NCBI GenBank assembly: GCA_963804085.1
Contig: CAWDOQ010000002.1
Span: forward strand, 224,001-288,000
Reading direction: 5' to 3'
From: Chlamydiia bacterium
GTDB lineage: Bacteria; Chlamydiota; Chlamydiia; Chlamydiales; Rhabdochlamydiaceae
Length of the DNA: 64,000 nt
Below the pieces are notes generated by a model. That model ran no database searches. It worked only from the letters and a program-made list of their open reading frames with translations, and was not told where the DNA came from. This document shows, piece after piece, positions 20,147-31,701 of this stretch. The translations under genes and the position numbers were made by a program. The number at the start of each line of letters is the position of its first letter. Position 1 is the first letter of the stretch.

Positions 20147-21166
20147 ATGAAACATTATCTAGTCGATGGAAGTGGGATTGACAAAATCCAGTTATCTGAA
20201 AAACCGTCAGCTGCAAGTCTTAATGATTGTGAAGTCTTGGTTGACGCACAAGCGTGGTCGTTGAACTACCGAGATTTGATGGTTGCAAAAGGTCAACATC
20301 AATACAAAAATCAGAATACTCCTCCATTTATTCCATGTTCTGATATGTCGGGCATCATAAAAGCTGTAGGCAAAAATGTTACTGAGCTAAAGCCCGGAGA
20401 TAGAGTCTTAAATGCTCCATTTCGACACTATCCTGCGGGAAATATGCGCGCTAGCTGGGCACGTACTTTTATTGGTGGTATGGGTGTAGATGGTGTCTTA
20501 GCCGAACAAGTAATATATCCTGCTGACTCACTTGTAAAGATACCTGAACATCTTGACTTCAAGGAGGCGGCCACATTTACAATTGCCGGCCTTACCGCTT
20601 GGTCAGCAATTGTAACCCATGGAAGGACTCTTCCAGGAGAATGGGTTCTTTTGCAAGGAACAGGCGGTGTTTCCATTTTCGCCGCGCAGTTAGCTAAGGC
20701 AATTGGAGCAAGAACAATTATGACCACATCTTCAAAAGAAAAGGCAGGCTTTGTAAAGAAGAAGTTTGGAGTGACAGCAACTGTTAACTATAATGACATC
20801 AATTGGACAGACCAAGTGAAGGAAATCACACAAGGCATAGGTGTTGATGTGATTGTTGATGTTGCGGGAGGCGATGTATTAGCTCAATCTTTGCGAATTT
20901 GCAATTATGGGGCGCGTGTGGGAGTAATTGGGATTCTCTCGGGGCAGAACAGCAACATCCACATTCGCGATCTTCTTTCGCATCAAGTGCAGATTCGCGG
21001 AATCTTCATGGAATCTACAGAGGAATTACGTGCGCTTATGCGCGCAGTAGATGTGCTAAAGCTCAAGCCTGCTATTGATAAGACATTTCCATTCATGCAA
21101 GTCAAAGAGGCTTACCATCATCTGGAGTCTCAGAAGCACATAGGAAAAGTCGTAATCAGCCTATGA
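20147..21166 (+). CDS. MDR-family NAD(P)-dependent oxidoreductase
   Basis: SLNYRDL, PCSD, AGLTAW, QGTGGVS, HIGKVVI. Confidence 0.9.
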   Translation: MKHYLVDGSGIDKIQLSEKPSAASLNDCEVLVDAQAWSLNYRDLMVAKGQHQYKNQNTPPFIPCSDMSGIIKAVGKNVTELKPGDRVLNAPFRHYPAGNMRASWARTFIGGMGVDGVLAEQVIYPADSLVKIPEHLDFKEAATFTIAGLTAWSAIVTHGRTLPGEWVLLQGTGGVSIFAAQLAKAIGARTIMTTSSKEKAGFVKKKFGVTATVNYNDINWTDQVKEITQGIGVDVIVDVAGGDVLAQSLRICNYGARVGVIGILSGQNSNIHIRDLLSHQVQIRGIFMESTEELRALMRAVDVLKLKPAIDKTFPFMQVKEAYHHLESQKHIGKVVISL

Positions 21167-22209
21167 AATGGCTATCGATCGTTTTTTTGTGTATCGTGAT
21201 GTGTTATCAACTTTTGGGGCAGGAGACCTCTATGCCTAAGATTATTTATCTAAACGGTCCTTCAAGCTCAGGCAAAACTACTATAGCAAAGACTCTTCAA
21301 GAATCATTTTCCGAACCATATCTTCATTTGGGAATTGATAAAATCATTGGATTTATGCCTTGGAAAATCAATAATTGGGAAGGAGGAGTTGCTCCTCTTG
21401 GTTTTTCTTGGGAACCTGCAAAAGACCCGACAGGACATCCGATTTATCAAATTAAAGCAGGACCCTACGCTAAGAAGATTACCCGTACTCTGAAGGACAT
21501 AGCTCACCTGTTAGCCGCGCACGGCTATAATTTGATTATCGATGATGTTGCATTTGGAGCGATTGAAGTAGAAGAGTGGAAGAGTGCACTTAAAAATTAT
21601 GATGTTCTCTATGTAGGCATTACTACTCCTTTAGAAGTTCTGGAGCAGCGAGAACAGTCTCGAGGCGATAGATTTTTGGGAAGCGCTAGAGGCCAATATT
21701 TTAAAGTGCATGAGAATGTCGCCTATGATCTTGAAATAGACACTTACTCGCACACAATTGAAGCAAATGTCGCAAAAATCCAAGCTGCTTTATCGAAGAA
21801 ATTTTCCACTGGAGGTTCTATGGTCAGTGGTGAGATGGAAAAAAGAAAAATTGTTGAGAGCTACCTCAGCTTATACAACACATTTCAAATTCCGCAAATG
21901 GTTGATCTTTTTGCTGATGATTGCATCTTTCAAAATGTGACAAACGGTTCTGTTGCTGTTGAGACTCATGGCAAAGAAGAGCTAATGCGCCTTGCAAAGC
22001 AAGGCGCATCAGTTTTTAAAGAGAGAAAGCAGAGCGCGACAAATTGGATTATCGAAAAAAATAAAGTAACTGTTGAGATCGACTACGAAGCTACGTTGGC
22101 CCAGGATTTACCAAACGGAGCAAAAAAGGGCACTCATCTCAAACTTAAAGGTGTTTCCATCTTTGAATTTCAATCGGGGAAAATCAAACGACTCGTGGAT
22201 ATTTCTTAA
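21163..22209 (+). CDS. Chloramphenicol-phosphotransferase-like kinase fused to an NTF2/SnoaL-like domain
   Basis: LNGPSSSGKTT, IIDDV, RE..RGDR..GSA, YDLEIDT; C-terminal YN...LFADDCIF...GVSIFEF..GKI. Confidence 0.82.
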   Translation: MKWLSIVFLCIVMCYQLLGQETSMPKIIYLNGPSSSGKTTIAKTLQESFSEPYLHLGIDKIIGFMPWKINNWEGGVAPLGFSWEPAKDPTGHPIYQIKAGPYAKKITRTLKDIAHLLAAHGYNLIIDDVAFGAIEVEEWKSALKNYDVLYVGITTPLEVLEQREQSRGDRFLGSARGQYFKVHENVAYDLEIDTYSHTIEANVAKIQAALSKKFSTGGSMVSGEMEKRKIVESYLSLYNTFQIPQMVDLFADDCIFQNVTNGSVAVETHGKEELMRLAKQGASVFKERKQSATNWIIEKNKVTVEIDYEATLAQDLPNGAKKGTHLKLKGVSIFEFQSGKIKRLVDIS

Positions 22210-22212
22210 TCT

Positions 22213-22929
22213 TCACCAGATTAAAAAGACGTGCAGCATGAGGTCTGCGACAAAATGCGCAAGGACTGCTGCAAAAAATCCATTCGACCAATATAGCCAT
22301 CCAAATACAAGTCCTGCAATGCCGTTGAGGAGTAAGATGCGGAATATTTCGAATCCTGATGGCGTGGTTATCTTAAAAGCAGCAGGTAGATGACCTAAGC
22401 CAAACAGAACCGCCACGAGAATATTAGCGCTCCAAAGCAGATAGGTGCGCTTTCGAGCGGGCGACTTGAAAAGTTTCATTAAAAGAAAATAGATGAGTGA
22501 GAACAAAAACAGTCGCAAGAGAACTTCTTCGTTAATCCCGCCATAGATGGAAGCAAGAGCACCTACCCAGGAAGGAGGATGCGCTCCAGAAAATGCGGAA
22601 CTGGAGAAAAGAGTTTTGTCTAAAACAAAGAGCGTTAATCCAACTAAAATCCCAGACGCTATGCCTGGAAGGAAAATGCGTTTTAGAGGACTTGTTATAG
22701 CGAAAGGTTGTAGATCAGTTTTTGGTAAAATTCGATAGGCAAGCCATAAAATGACTCCATATAAAACAGAAGCCTGAACCGTGCCTAAGAGAAATAATTT
22801 TCCCGTGGAAACTGTCAATGGAGCGATGTGTGCAAATAAAGTATAGGGAATGATAGTCCAGGAGCCGATAATACACGCCAGCCAGATGAGAATGAAAAGC
22901 CGTTTTCTTGACATGTGCATTTGCACCAC
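22213..22929 (-). CDS. CPBP (Abi/CAAX) intramembrane metalloprotease
   Basis: EEVLLR, FGLGH, AVLAH motifs; multiple TM helices. Confidence 0.88.
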   Translation of the reverse strand: MVQMHMSRKRLFILIWLACIIGSWTIIPYTLFAHIAPLTVSTGKLFLLGTVQASVLYGVILWLAYRILPKTDLQPFAITSPLKRIFLPGIASGILVGLTLFVLDKTLFSSSAFSGAHPPSWVGALASIYGGINEEVLLRLFLFSLIYFLLMKLFKSPARKRTYLLWSANILVAVLFGLGHLPAAFKITTPSGFEIFRILLLNGIAGLVFGWLYWSNGFFAAVLAHFVADLMLHVFLIW

Positions 22930-23009
22930 TTTTACTCTTTTTCGCAGGGATTTTCAATCACTATTTTGTCAAAAGTCCATAATCGAAGCATTTAATGAAG
23001 CTAAGCCCT

Positions 23010-23222
23010 TCACTGGACGAATAGGTAAACTCTGCACCACCCAACTCCAGCAGGCATAAACGCATCCGCAGAACCTTGTGCGAGCAACCCTCCATCCCCT
23101 TCAAAAATGATCGAGCTAAAGATCGGAAAGATCAATCCGAGATTGAAAAAATCCAAAAAGATCACCAGAAGAATCGCAAAGAGAATGAATCGTTTATCGT
23201 TCTGAGAAAATGATGGCTTCAT
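23010..23222 (-). pseudogene. Truncated MFS transporter (first TM only)
   Basis: LVIFLDFFNLGLIFPI resembles TetA/DHA1 TM1; ORF ends after 70 aa. Confidence 0.6.
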
Positions 23223-24082
23223 CTTGTGCTTGTCGTCTGCTGAGCGGGTGAGAGGAAGGCGTTAAAGCGCCACCGCGTTTGATATCCCAATTTGCTGCAG
23301 ATTCCAAAGGCGAGTCCTTCAGACATAAGATAGGAACTACCCATGCGGCACCCTTTGGAAATGGCATGTTGAAGAGCCATATGTCGCAATGCAGTACTCA
23401 ATCCGGTTTTACGTAGCTCCGCAATAGTCGCTCCGTTCCAAAAGCTTACATGATTACCATCAATAAGAGTGGTTACAGCTGAGACGACCTTTCCTTCTTT
23501 TTTTGCTATCCAGTGAAATGCTTTAAATTGCTCCTGATGCATCGCATTCCAAAGAGCTTTTTTGTACATCTGTTTGCAGCTATCAGGAATTGCAAAAATG
23601 GTGCAAACGAGGTCATTAAATTCTTCCATCGCTATCTCATCTGTCACAAGCTCTAATGTGTATTCGCTAGAGAGCGGTGCAGACAAAATTGGTTTGTCAA
23701 GGTTGCCTGCGACTCCTCGGAATATTCCGATATCTTGGAAGCCAGAAGAGAGAAGCAGATCTTTAAATTCTTGGCTGCTGTTCTCATCGACATACCAGAC
23801 AAAAGGAATTTGGAATTGGTTAAAATAGTGAAGCTGGTTTTCGATGCACTTTTTCCATTCTTGTTTGTTGACGGGAGATCCAAAAACAGCATTCTGAAAG
23901 GGATAAGGAATTCCTGTCAGGCAGCGCTGAATGCCATCACATGTCTCAAACTCCGCTTCTGGAACAAATTTGTTTTCAGCCAAAACGCGGTAAAATCCCT
24001 GGAAGTGGTCTCGCAGAATCTCTTGGGTTTTTTGCTCAGAAATATCGTACACATATTCAGTTGAAGGCTGCGGCGGCAACAT
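23219..24082 (-). CDS. GNAT-family acetyltransferase
   Basis: C-terminal ATIAELRKTGLST...ICSKLGY; aggagg RBS. Confidence 0.75.
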   Translation of the reverse strand: MLPPQPSTEYVYDISEQKTQEILRDHFQGFYRVLAENKFVPEAEFETCDGIQRCLTGIPYPFQNAVFGSPVNKQEWKKCIENQLHYFNQFQIPFVWYVDENSSQEFKDLLLSSGFQDIGIFRGVAGNLDKPILSAPLSSEYTLELVTDEIAMEEFNDLVCTIFAIPDSCKQMYKKALWNAMHQEQFKAFHWIAKKEGKVVSAVTTLIDGNHVSFWNGATIAELRKTGLSTALRHMALQHAISKGCRMGSSYLMSEGLAFGICSKLGYQTRWRFNAFLSPAQQTTSTR

Positions 24083-24136
24083 AATTCCTCCTTAGTAAAA
24101 ATAGGAATTATATTTCAAAGCGCAATAAAAGCACAC

Positions 24137-26179
24137 CTACGCCTGCTGCAGGCGTGCTTGGAGCGCGGGTATGGTTTGCTCTAAATTGGCTCTCATGGAT
24201 TGCAGAAGCGGGATATCTTTTCCATCTGGGCCTTTCATTTTTAGGCAGGTTTGAAAATAGGCGATCGCCTTGGTTAGATTTTCTTCTGCTACTAACGGAT
24301 CTAGGAGATAAGCTTCTCCCAAACTTCTCAAGATGCGTAGACGCAGATCGAAATCCTCGTGCGCCTGTTTATGCTGGGGCAGCTCGCTTTCGGTGATCTT
24401 TCTTGCTCTTTCTAGATGCGAAATAATGGCATCCAATTTGCCTTCCAAGTCGCGCTTGATAAATACGGATGCGAGGATGTAGCGCATCTCGGCTTCTAAG
24501 AAGGAGTCATTATGCTCTCCATTGACTCCTCTTACCAAAAACTCGATCGCTTGATCTAAATCATCTCCTTGCTCCCGCTTTACAAATAGCTTTGCAAGGT
24601 TAAGGCAGATCCGCGCATCCATCCGTGGGTTCTTTGCGAGCACTAGACACTGCTTGAAGCTCCTTTCTGCTCCACTTAAATCCTGTGCACGGCACTGCAT
24701 ATCTGCCAATTTCTCGTATAACCGTAAGCGTATTGCAGGATGATCCTGGCCGAGCTTTTCTGCTGAATCATAGCATTTAATGGCTCTTTCCACATCGCCT
24801 GCATTCTGCATCCGGAGCATGTAGAGGTTGCCCAAATCACAGAAAAGTTTGACCCTCACCTCATCATCATCGAATGCAAGTTCCAATGCTTCTTTAAAGC
24901 ATTTTTCAGCTTCAAGTGGGGTTTCATGCTGGCCAAGATTATAGAGCAGCTGCGCTCTAAGAAGAGCATTATCATGTTTAACCTGAACACCTATTCGAAA
25001 GGCAATAGCTGCATTTTCTCTATCATCTGCGCCTTCTAATGCATAGCCTACCAGACTAAAAAGTCGAGCTTTACGTACGCTATCCGGAGCTGTCTGGAGG
25101 AGCAAGAGGGCTGCCTGGAAGTTCTGAGCTGCTCTTTCATAATCTTCGATAGCTAAGAGAGCCTCTCCGAGGACATTGTAAATCACTGCGCGAATATCCA
25201 TGTTCGCTTCTGTTCGATAATAGGCCATCACTTCTTTGGGGTTGAGCTCAGCTGCCCGCGCTGCAAGATTTAATAATGCTTCCCAAATTTTTTGACTATC
25301 ATGCTCAAATTCTACGGCCTGCTCGCAAGAGCGAATAGCAACAGCAAGATCTCCCTCTCCTTGTCGCTTGAGAAGCATATCGCCTAACTGCCAAAACATT
25401 TGCGCCTTTAGCCGATTACGTTCTTGCGGGAGTGTGTTTTCCATAGGAAGTGTGAGTGCGCCGTACACAAGCCCGATCCCTTCAGAAAGAGGGATCAGAT
25501 CGGAATTGGAGCAGTAGTTGTGGACTAAACCAATTTTCAGCAGCGTGTCATTGTGCTTAACCAGAAGGCCAGCACGGTAATTTTTCACAGCTTCTTGAAC
25601 ATTATCCATGCGTTCACAGGCTAATCCCATTCCATTACACATGCGTGCCAGAAGACGTCCCGGCGTTTTTTCGAGCAGTTGGGCTCCTTTAGAAAAGGTT
25701 TCAAACGCTTTGGGATAATCTTTGAAGCTCAAGTAAGCATCGCCCAGATTATCCAAAATCTCTCCTGCAAGTTCGATATCCTCTTGCTCCAGCTTTGCGC
25801 TTAGGCCTTTTTTTAGCACTGCGATCTCTTCTTCTAAATCACCCTCTCCATCTCGTTCTTGCAGTGCCACTGCCCAATTGAAGCATACCTTTGCTTGAGA
25901 AACAGGGTCACCCATTGGAATAGATGCATATATTTTGATCGCTTCATCAAAATTGTTCTCCTCCATGCAATCTTCAGCACGCTCCGTAAGCGCACTAACT
26001 CTATCTAAAAGAGAGGGGGCATTTTGACTATTATTACTATTGCTGGAGGGAATCGCGGTCTCGGCTACTGATGCGACTTTTTCGCTCTCCTCTTTCCGCT
26101 GTCTTTTAGCAGGGAGCTCTGGCGTATCATCAAGGCAAGAAACATCGCCTTTTCTTTTAAAAGAGACCAATGCGGCCAT
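24137..26179 (-). CDS. TPR-repeat protein with low-complexity N-terminus (effector-like)
   Basis: Repeated LG..Y...A...Y..AL helices; likely start MAALVS at 26179. Confidence 0.85.
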   Translation of the reverse strand: MAALVSFKRKGDVSCLDDTPELPAKRQRKEESEKVASVAETAIPSSNSNNSQNAPSLLDRVSALTERAEDCMEENNFDEAIKIYASIPMGDPVSQAKVCFNWAVALQERDGEGDLEEEIAVLKKGLSAKLEQEDIELAGEILDNLGDAYLSFKDYPKAFETFSKGAQLLEKTPGRLLARMCNGMGLACERMDNVQEAVKNYRAGLLVKHNDTLLKIGLVHNYCSNSDLIPLSEGIGLVYGALTLPMENTLPQERNRLKAQMFWQLGDMLLKRQGEGDLAVAIRSCEQAVEFEHDSQKIWEALLNLAARAAELNPKEVMAYYRTEANMDIRAVIYNVLGEALLAIEDYERAAQNFQAALLLLQTAPDSVRKARLFSLVGYALEGADDRENAAIAFRIGVQVKHDNALLRAQLLYNLGQHETPLEAEKCFKEALELAFDDDEVRVKLFCDLGNLYMLRMQNAGDVERAIKCYDSAEKLGQDHPAIRLRLYEKLADMQCRAQDLSGAERSFKQCLVLAKNPRMDARICLNLAKLFVKREQGDDLDQAIEFLVRGVNGEHNDSFLEAEMRYILASVFIKRDLEGKLDAIISHLERARKITESELPQHKQAHEDFDLRLRILRSLGEAYLLDPLVAEENLTKAIAYFQTCLKMKGPDGKDIPLLQSMRANLEQTIPALQARLQQA

Positions 26180-26180
26180 A

Positions 26181-26624
26181 TCAATTGTCCACGTCGTAGG
26201 AGACGGTAAGGATGATGTAGGTTGTGTATGCAGCAAGCGGGATAAGGGAGAGCAGCGCCACTCCAAACGTGGCAAGCGATGCGAAAGCGACGCCGCTTAT
26301 GAACTCATAGAGCGCTGTATGTGCAAGCGGGATCGCCATTGAACCGGCAAAGGCGGGCAGTGCAAATTTGTAGGCGCAGTGGGTTTCGACAGTGAGGCGA
26401 TAAAAGAGCGAGCCAGCAAAGCAGATAAGGTCGTTTACAAGAAGGGAAAAGGGAAGAAATAGGCGCAGCGCGAGCATGGCGATAGCGCGAAAGATATGGT
26501 TTACAAGGAGGGCAACTTTTTTGATCTCGGGATGCTCGTTTAAAAATGTCTCAATCTGATCTGTCGCCGTTTTCAGGACGTTGTAGTTAGTTATGAAGTT
26601 GTGAAGGGATTCTGCGCAGGTCAT
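26181..26624 (-). CDS. Membrane hypothetical protein
   Basis: Hydrophobic segments; tightly packed after rnz. Confidence 0.65.
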   Translation of the reverse strand: MTCAESLHNFITNYNVLKTATDQIETFLNEHPEIKKVALLVNHIFRAIAMLALRLFLPFSLLVNDLICFAGSLFYRLTVETHCAYKFALPAFAGSMAIPLAHTALYEFISGVAFASLATFGVALLSLIPLAAYTTYIILTVSYDVDN

Positions 26625-26626
26625 GG

Positions 26627-27535
26627 CTACCTCTTAGGAAAGGGAAAGTTTTTGAGGTCTTCTGCAACGAGGGTATTGGGAAAGATAACTTTAGCTTCTT
26701 TCGCAAACTCCTCTAGATCTTGGTAGCGAGCAGAGAAGTGGGTTAGGATGAGCTGCTCGGCCCCTGCGGCTTTAGCAATTTGGGCTGCTTGGCGCGCAGT
26801 CAGATGGTGATGGTTCTCGGCAAGATCCCGATGTTCTTCAAGATAAGTGCTCTCGCATAAAAGAAGCTTGGCTCCCTTGGCGACGTCGATCGCTGCTTGG
26901 CAATAAACTGTATCTATAACGATCGCAAAGGTGTCTCCTTTTCTCACTTCACTCACATCGTCTAAAGTCACCAGACGTCCATCTACCTTCACTTGGCCGG
27001 CTTGCTGGAGCGTGCGCACAAGGGGTCCTCTTACGCCGGCTTGCTCCAGCTTTTTACTATCGAATTTGCGTGTGTCGCTCTCTGTCACTCTCCAGCCAAT
27101 GTTATCGACTCCATGTTCTAAAAATCTGGCTTCTATGCGGAACTTCTCATCTTCCTCCACCACCCCCTCTTTTGAGACGGGGTGCTCGATTACATTAATC
27201 GTCTCGTGGTACATGCTGCCGTAGCGCAGGCGGTCAAAATAGGTCTTTCCGCTCGCAGGATAGTAGCAGTGGATCGGATGGGTCACCTTGTCGAGATTAA
27301 GCCGCATCAGCATCGAACCGAGTCCTAAGCAGTGGTCTCCATGAAAGTGGCTGATCAAGATGCGCGTGACACAAGTCGGCGCGATATTGGCAAAGATAAA
27401 TTGCCTCTGCGTTCCTTCGCCCGGATCGAAAAGAAATCCTTCATCATTCCAGCGCAAGAGATAAGCGCCATGGTTGCGGTTGCGGGTGGGCTGCTGACTC
27501 GAGCAGCCTAAAATGGTAAGGTCGCGTACGGTCAT
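26627..27535 (-). CDS. rnz: Ribonuclease Z
   Basis: [28 protein letters not shown]. Confidence 0.96.
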   Translation of the reverse strand: MTVRDLTILGCSSQQPTRNRNHGAYLLRWNDEGFLFDPGEGTQRQFIFANIAPTCVTRILISHFHGDHCLGLGSMLMRLNLDKVTHPIHCYYPASGKTYFDRLRYGSMYHETINVIEHPVSKEGVVEEDEKFRIEARFLEHGVDNIGWRVTESDTRKFDSKKLEQAGVRGPLVRTLQQAGQVKVDGRLVTLDDVSEVRKGDTFAIVIDTVYCQAAIDVAKGAKLLLCESTYLEEHRDLAENHHHLTARQAAQIAKAAGAEQLILTHFSARYQDLEEFAKEAKVIFPNTLVAEDLKNFPFPKR

Positions 27536-28698
27536 GCTTTTCCCCTAGAAAAATAGCGAAGTCTACCTAGCATCATGCCCACAATACCGCCAACGATGTG
27601 CGCGGTGTTGGCGATATTCGCCGTAAGGTCCATTGTGGAGAAGATCTGCAGTAAAAAGGAGAAAAATTCTAGCGCGAACATCGCCAGAACAAAGATCAAA
27701 ATGAATAGGATCGTGGGCTTTTGAAGAGGGTATCCTTCCCAGGGTGCCACTTTTTGTCTCATCCAGATAAATCCTGCCATTCCAACTACGATCCCCGAAA
27801 ATCCTAAGAAAAAGGGGCCGCTCATGAGATACTGGAGCACGTTGGAGATGATTCCTATCACGAGAAAAAGAAGGATTATCTTCTTTTTGCTGATTCTCTC
27901 TTCGATCTGTCTGCCCAATATCCAGACCCACGCCATATTAAACAGGATATGCAAAAAGCCGCGGTGCATCAGGCACGGTGTAAAGATGCGCCACACCTCG
28001 CCGGTACGTATCTTTTCAAATAGTGGAGCCTGCTCGAAGCTGGATACACCCGTTTTTTTCCACTGAAGCAGAAGGTCATAGGCCCCTTTCCAAGTAGGAA
28101 TCGCTTGCGCCTCTTCGTACATTGCACGCTCCGAGGCGGGAAGAGTTTTTATATCATCTAATGATTTGATCGGATATTGACGGAGCAGCTCTCCCAAATA
28201 GCGGAAGGCGCATGGGTAATCGAAAATCATCTCCTGCTCAAGAGGTGTAAAGCCCACTTCTAATGCTACAGGCCCGCTCTCTTTCAATACTTTTGCTTGC
28301 TGCAGAGAGTCTAAAAAGAAGAGAAAGACACAGAGTCCGATCACAAAGGTGGTGAGAGTCAATCCCACGCGTGTTCTCGGCTTTAGCGCGATCTTAATTT
28401 TAAAGGGGGCTTTTCTGCTCTCCTTTTCATGGCTTGCGCCATATTCCAAGCGCGCAGGCGAGATAAAAGTGAGCTCTTCTACTTTATAATGGGGGTTGTG
28501 CGGATCTTTTTGAAACTCTTCAAAAGATTCGGACGCGCGGGTAAAATCATCCTCATTTTCGATCCAGACATGGACCGCCTTTTCTTTCGTCTCTTTATCG
28601 ACAAAAGGCTCAAACTTACAGGGGATCCCCTGTTGCAAGAGAAATGTGCAGAAGGTGTACGCCTCTTTTTCTTCTTTGATTGTGCCGATTAGACGCAT
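27532..28698 (-). CDS. Rhomboid intramembrane serine protease (GlpG-like)
   Basis: [28 protein letters not shown]. Confidence 0.93.
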   Translation of the reverse strand: MRLIGTIKEEKEAYTFCTFLLQQGIPCKFEPFVDKETKEKAVHVWIENEDDFTRASESFEEFQKDPHNPHYKVEELTFISPARLEYGASHEKESRKAPFKIKIALKPRTRVGLTLTTFVIGLCVFLFFLDSLQQAKVLKESGPVALEVGFTPLEQEMIFDYPCAFRYLGELLRQYPIKSLDDIKTLPASERAMYEEAQAIPTWKGAYDLLLQWKKTGVSSFEQAPLFEKIRTGEVWRIFTPCLMHRGFLHILFNMAWVWILGRQIEERISKKKIILLFLVIGIISNVLQYLMSGPFFLGFSGIVVGMAGFIWMRQKVAPWEGYPLQKPTILFILIFVLAMFALEFFSFLLQIFSTMDLTANIANTAHIVGGIVGMMLGRLRYFSRGKA

Positions 28699-29231
28699 GT
28701 GTTCGTAATCCTGTTCACAATTTGGGTGGTGGAAAGGCCCGGTACGAGCTCAACGATATGTAGACGCCCGCCGTGGGCTTTTACAGTCTCTGCTTCTATG
28801 CACTTTTCGCCATATTCCGCACCATTGACATGCACATTGGGCTTAAGTTTAGAAAGAAGTAGACGCGGATCAGTCTCTTCAAACCAGGTGACATAATCGA
28901 CCATATCGAGAGCTGCCAACATCTGCATACGCTGCTCGAGCAGAATAAAAGGCCTATCAGGACTTTTGTACTGCTTAATCGAGCTGTCGCTATTTAACGC
29001 GACAATTAAGAGATCTCCTTGCAAAGAGGCTTGATAGAGCATCTCCAAGTGGCCCGCATGCAGAAGATCAAAAGAACCGTTGAGCGTAACCAAAGTCTTG
29101 CCGCTCTTCTTTACCTCTTTTGAAAAGCTTTCAAGATCGTCAGGGTGGACCTCTTTCTGCTTGTAAAACTCCCTATAAGTTTTACTTTTTGGGGAAGGCG
29201 ACACGATAAACCTCATCATAATGTTCGACAA
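28689..29231 (-). CDS. RfaE-domain-II-like nucleotidyltransferase (start probably further downstream)
   Basis: NGSFDLLHAGH, ALNSDSS, GLSTT. Confidence 0.9.
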   Translation of the reverse strand: MSNIMMRFIVSPSPKSKTYREFYKQKEVHPDDLESFSKEVKKSGKTLVTLNGSFDLLHAGHLEMLYQASLQGDLLIVALNSDSSIKQYKSPDRPFILLEQRMQMLAALDMVDYVTWFEETDPRLLLSKLKPNVHVNGAEYGEKCIEAETVKAHGGRLHIVELVPGLSTTQIVNRITNTCV

Positions 29232-31620
29232 AATGGACTTTCAATCCCTGCTTGAGATAACTCGGAAGCTCATCGTAATCCCGATGGTTGTCTTTAGGGA
29301 AGATGAGCGTCTTAACTTTAGATCTTCGCGCTGCGATGAGTTTTTCTTTGAGTCCTCCGATGCCAAGCACCTTACCCATTAGTGTGATCTCTCCTGTCAT
29401 GCCTAAGTCGTCACAAACAGGTTGGTTTTTGAGTAGCGAGAGTAGCGATGTGACCATGGTGATGCCGGCAGATGGTCCATCTTTAGGTGTCGCTCCCTCT
29501 GGAATGTGCACATGGACTTGCGACTTTTCGAAAAAGGTCATGCCCGGTGCATACTTCTTTAAGTTGCTGTTGAGATAAGTCCAGGCGATCTGTGAAGACT
29601 CCTTCATCACATCTCCTGCTTGTCCCGTGAGCTTCATCTCCGTTTTGTCAGCAGGGACTTTTGTCGCCTCTACGTAGAGCGTCGCTCCTCCCATCGAAGT
29701 CCAGGCAAGCCCCATGCAGACGCCTATGGGCGTACGAACATAGTAGCGATCAGAAGTGAAGATCGGCTTGCCGAGGTAAGTGGCGAGGGTGGACTCTGAA
29801 ACGGTGTGTCCCGTTCCCTCTTCCTTGACCACTTTTACGGCGACTTTACGCAGAATCTTTTTGATGTAATTTTCTAAATTGCGCACACCCGCTTCACGCG
29901 CATAGCCGTTGATGATCTGTTTGAGTGCGCCTTTTGTGAACTCCACATCTGTCTTTTTTAAACCCATCGCCTTGCGGTTGCGGGGGATCAGATATTTTTT
30001 GGCGATCTCGACCTTCTCTTCCAAAATGTAACCGGAGAGGCGCAAGATATCCATACGGTCTTTTAGCGGCTCAGGAATAGTGTCGAGGACGTTGGCAGTC
30101 ACGATAAAGAGCACGTTTGAAAGATCGCAGCGGACATCAAGATAATGGTCCAAGAAATCGCGGTTCTGCTCCGGATCGAGCACTTCCAATAGTGCGGATG
30201 CAGGATCTCCCTGATAGCTCGATCCCATCTTGTCTACCTCGTCGAGCATAATGATCGGGTTCATCGCCTGCGTAAATTTAAGCGCTTGGATCATCTTGCC
30301 CGGCATTGCGCCGATGTAGGTGCGTCTATGCCCTTTGATCTCCGCCTCGTCGCGCATTCCACCCACAGAGAAGCGGTAAAACTGTCTATTGAGCGCGCGT
30401 GCGATGCTCTTGCCGATGCTCGTCTTGCCCACCCCTGGAGGGCCGACCAGACAGATGATGCTCCCCTTCACGCCGCCTGTCAGTTTTCCCACGCTGATGA
30501 ATTCCAAGATCCGCTCTTTGATATCGTTTAAACCATAATGGTCCTCTTCTAAGACCTTCTTGCCCATTTTCAAATCGTGGCACTCTTTACTGTAGATCCC
30601 CCACGGAACGATGGTGAGCCAGTCCAGATAGTTGCGACAGACAGCGTATTCGGCCGATTGAACCTCTAACACGTTCAGCTTCTCCAGCTCTTCATTGATC
30701 GTCGTCATAACATCCGGTGGCACCGTACGCTTTTTTAAACGCCCCTTGAACTTTTCGATGTCGCACGTCTTGTCATCTTTTTCGAGCCCCAGCTCCTTTT
30801 TGATCGTCTTGAGCTGTTCGCGTAAAAAGAACTCACGCTGAGTTTTAGAGATCGTCGCTTCGATCTTCTGATTGATGCTATTTTGCAGCTTGCTTAAGTC
30901 TAGCTCTTTTTTAAGAAGCATGAGTGCCTTATCAATACGCCCTTGCAGCTCAAATGTCTCCAGAACATCTTGCAGCTCTTCGCGGGTAGCGGTAGTCAGC
31001 GCGACGGCAAAGTCGGCAAGTTTTCCCGGCTCGGTAAAATCGGAGTGGCCTAAGAAGATCTGCAGCTCCTCTTTGAATAGAGGATTGAGTTTCAGAAGCT
31101 CCTTGATCGTTGTGATGATGCTGATCGAATAGGCTTTCAATTCTTTAGAGAGCTTAGATGAGATATCATCGTGATAGGAGATCTCTGCACGCAGATTTTT
31201 GCCCGCTTTAATCGGTTTTTCAATGCGGATTCTCTTTTCCATGTTGAGAACTACCTGCGCTCCTCCCTGCTCCATCGGGATGATGCGCAAAATGCGCGCA
31301 AGCACTCCCACCTGGTAGAGATCCTCGAAGCCCAGTTTGTAGATGTTGACCTCCTCTTTTTTGGACAAAAAGAGACCCATAGATTTGTGAGGCGTCTTGG
31401 CGACGACCTTGAGCATCTCGTAGTAACTGCCCGGTTCGATCACGATCGGAGCAGCCATGCCCGGAAAAAAGGGACGGCGCGTCAAAGGAATGATAAAGAC
31501 CTGGTTGGGCAAGTCTCCCTGAGATTTATCCCTCTTGTCATCCTCTTTGATCGACTCTTGGATAGTCTCGGCAAGCGTCTCTTCTTCTGCGTTTGGCTCG
31601 GGAATCTCTTGGTAAGTCAA
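29182..31620 (-). CDS. lon: Lon protease
   Basis: [29 protein letters not shown]. Confidence 0.98.
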   Translation of the reverse strand: MTYQEIPEPNAEEETLAETIQESIKEDDKRDKSQGDLPNQVFIIPLTRRPFFPGMAAPIVIEPGSYYEMLKVVAKTPHKSMGLFLSKKEEVNIYKLGFEDLYQVGVLARILRIIPMEQGGAQVVLNMEKRIRIEKPIKAGKNLRAEISYHDDISSKLSKELKAYSISIITTIKELLKLNPLFKEELQIFLGHSDFTEPGKLADFAVALTTATREELQDVLETFELQGRIDKALMLLKKELDLSKLQNSINQKIEATISKTQREFFLREQLKTIKKELGLEKDDKTCDIEKFKGRLKKRTVPPDVMTTINEELEKLNVLEVQSAEYAVCRNYLDWLTIVPWGIYSKECHDLKMGKKVLEEDHYGLNDIKERILEFISVGKLTGGVKGSIICLVGPPGVGKTSIGKSIARALNRQFYRFSVGGMRDEAEIKGHRRTYIGAMPGKMIQALKFTQAMNPIIMLDEVDKMGSSYQGDPASALLEVLDPEQNRDFLDHYLDVRCDLSNVLFIVTANVLDTIPEPLKDRMDILRLSGYILEEKVEIAKKYLIPRNRKAMGLKKTDVEFTKGALKQIINGYAREAGVRNLENYIKKILRKVAVKVVKEEGTGHTVSESTLATYLGKPIFTSDRYYVRTPIGVCMGLAWTSMGGATLYVEATKVPADKTEMKLTGQAGDVMKESSQIAWTYLNSNLKKYAPGMTFFEKSQVHVHIPEGATPKDGPSAGITMVTSLLSLLKNQPVCDDLGMTGEITLMGKVLGIGGLKEKLIAARRSKVKTLIFPKDNHRDYDELPSYLKQGLKVHFVEHYDEVYRVAFPKK

Positions 31621-31701
31621 TTTTGACTCCTAAAAAAAGTATGGCGATCAAACAAATCTAACACCTGCCCAAAAATAGCGCAACTTAGTATGCTTTTCTC
31701 T

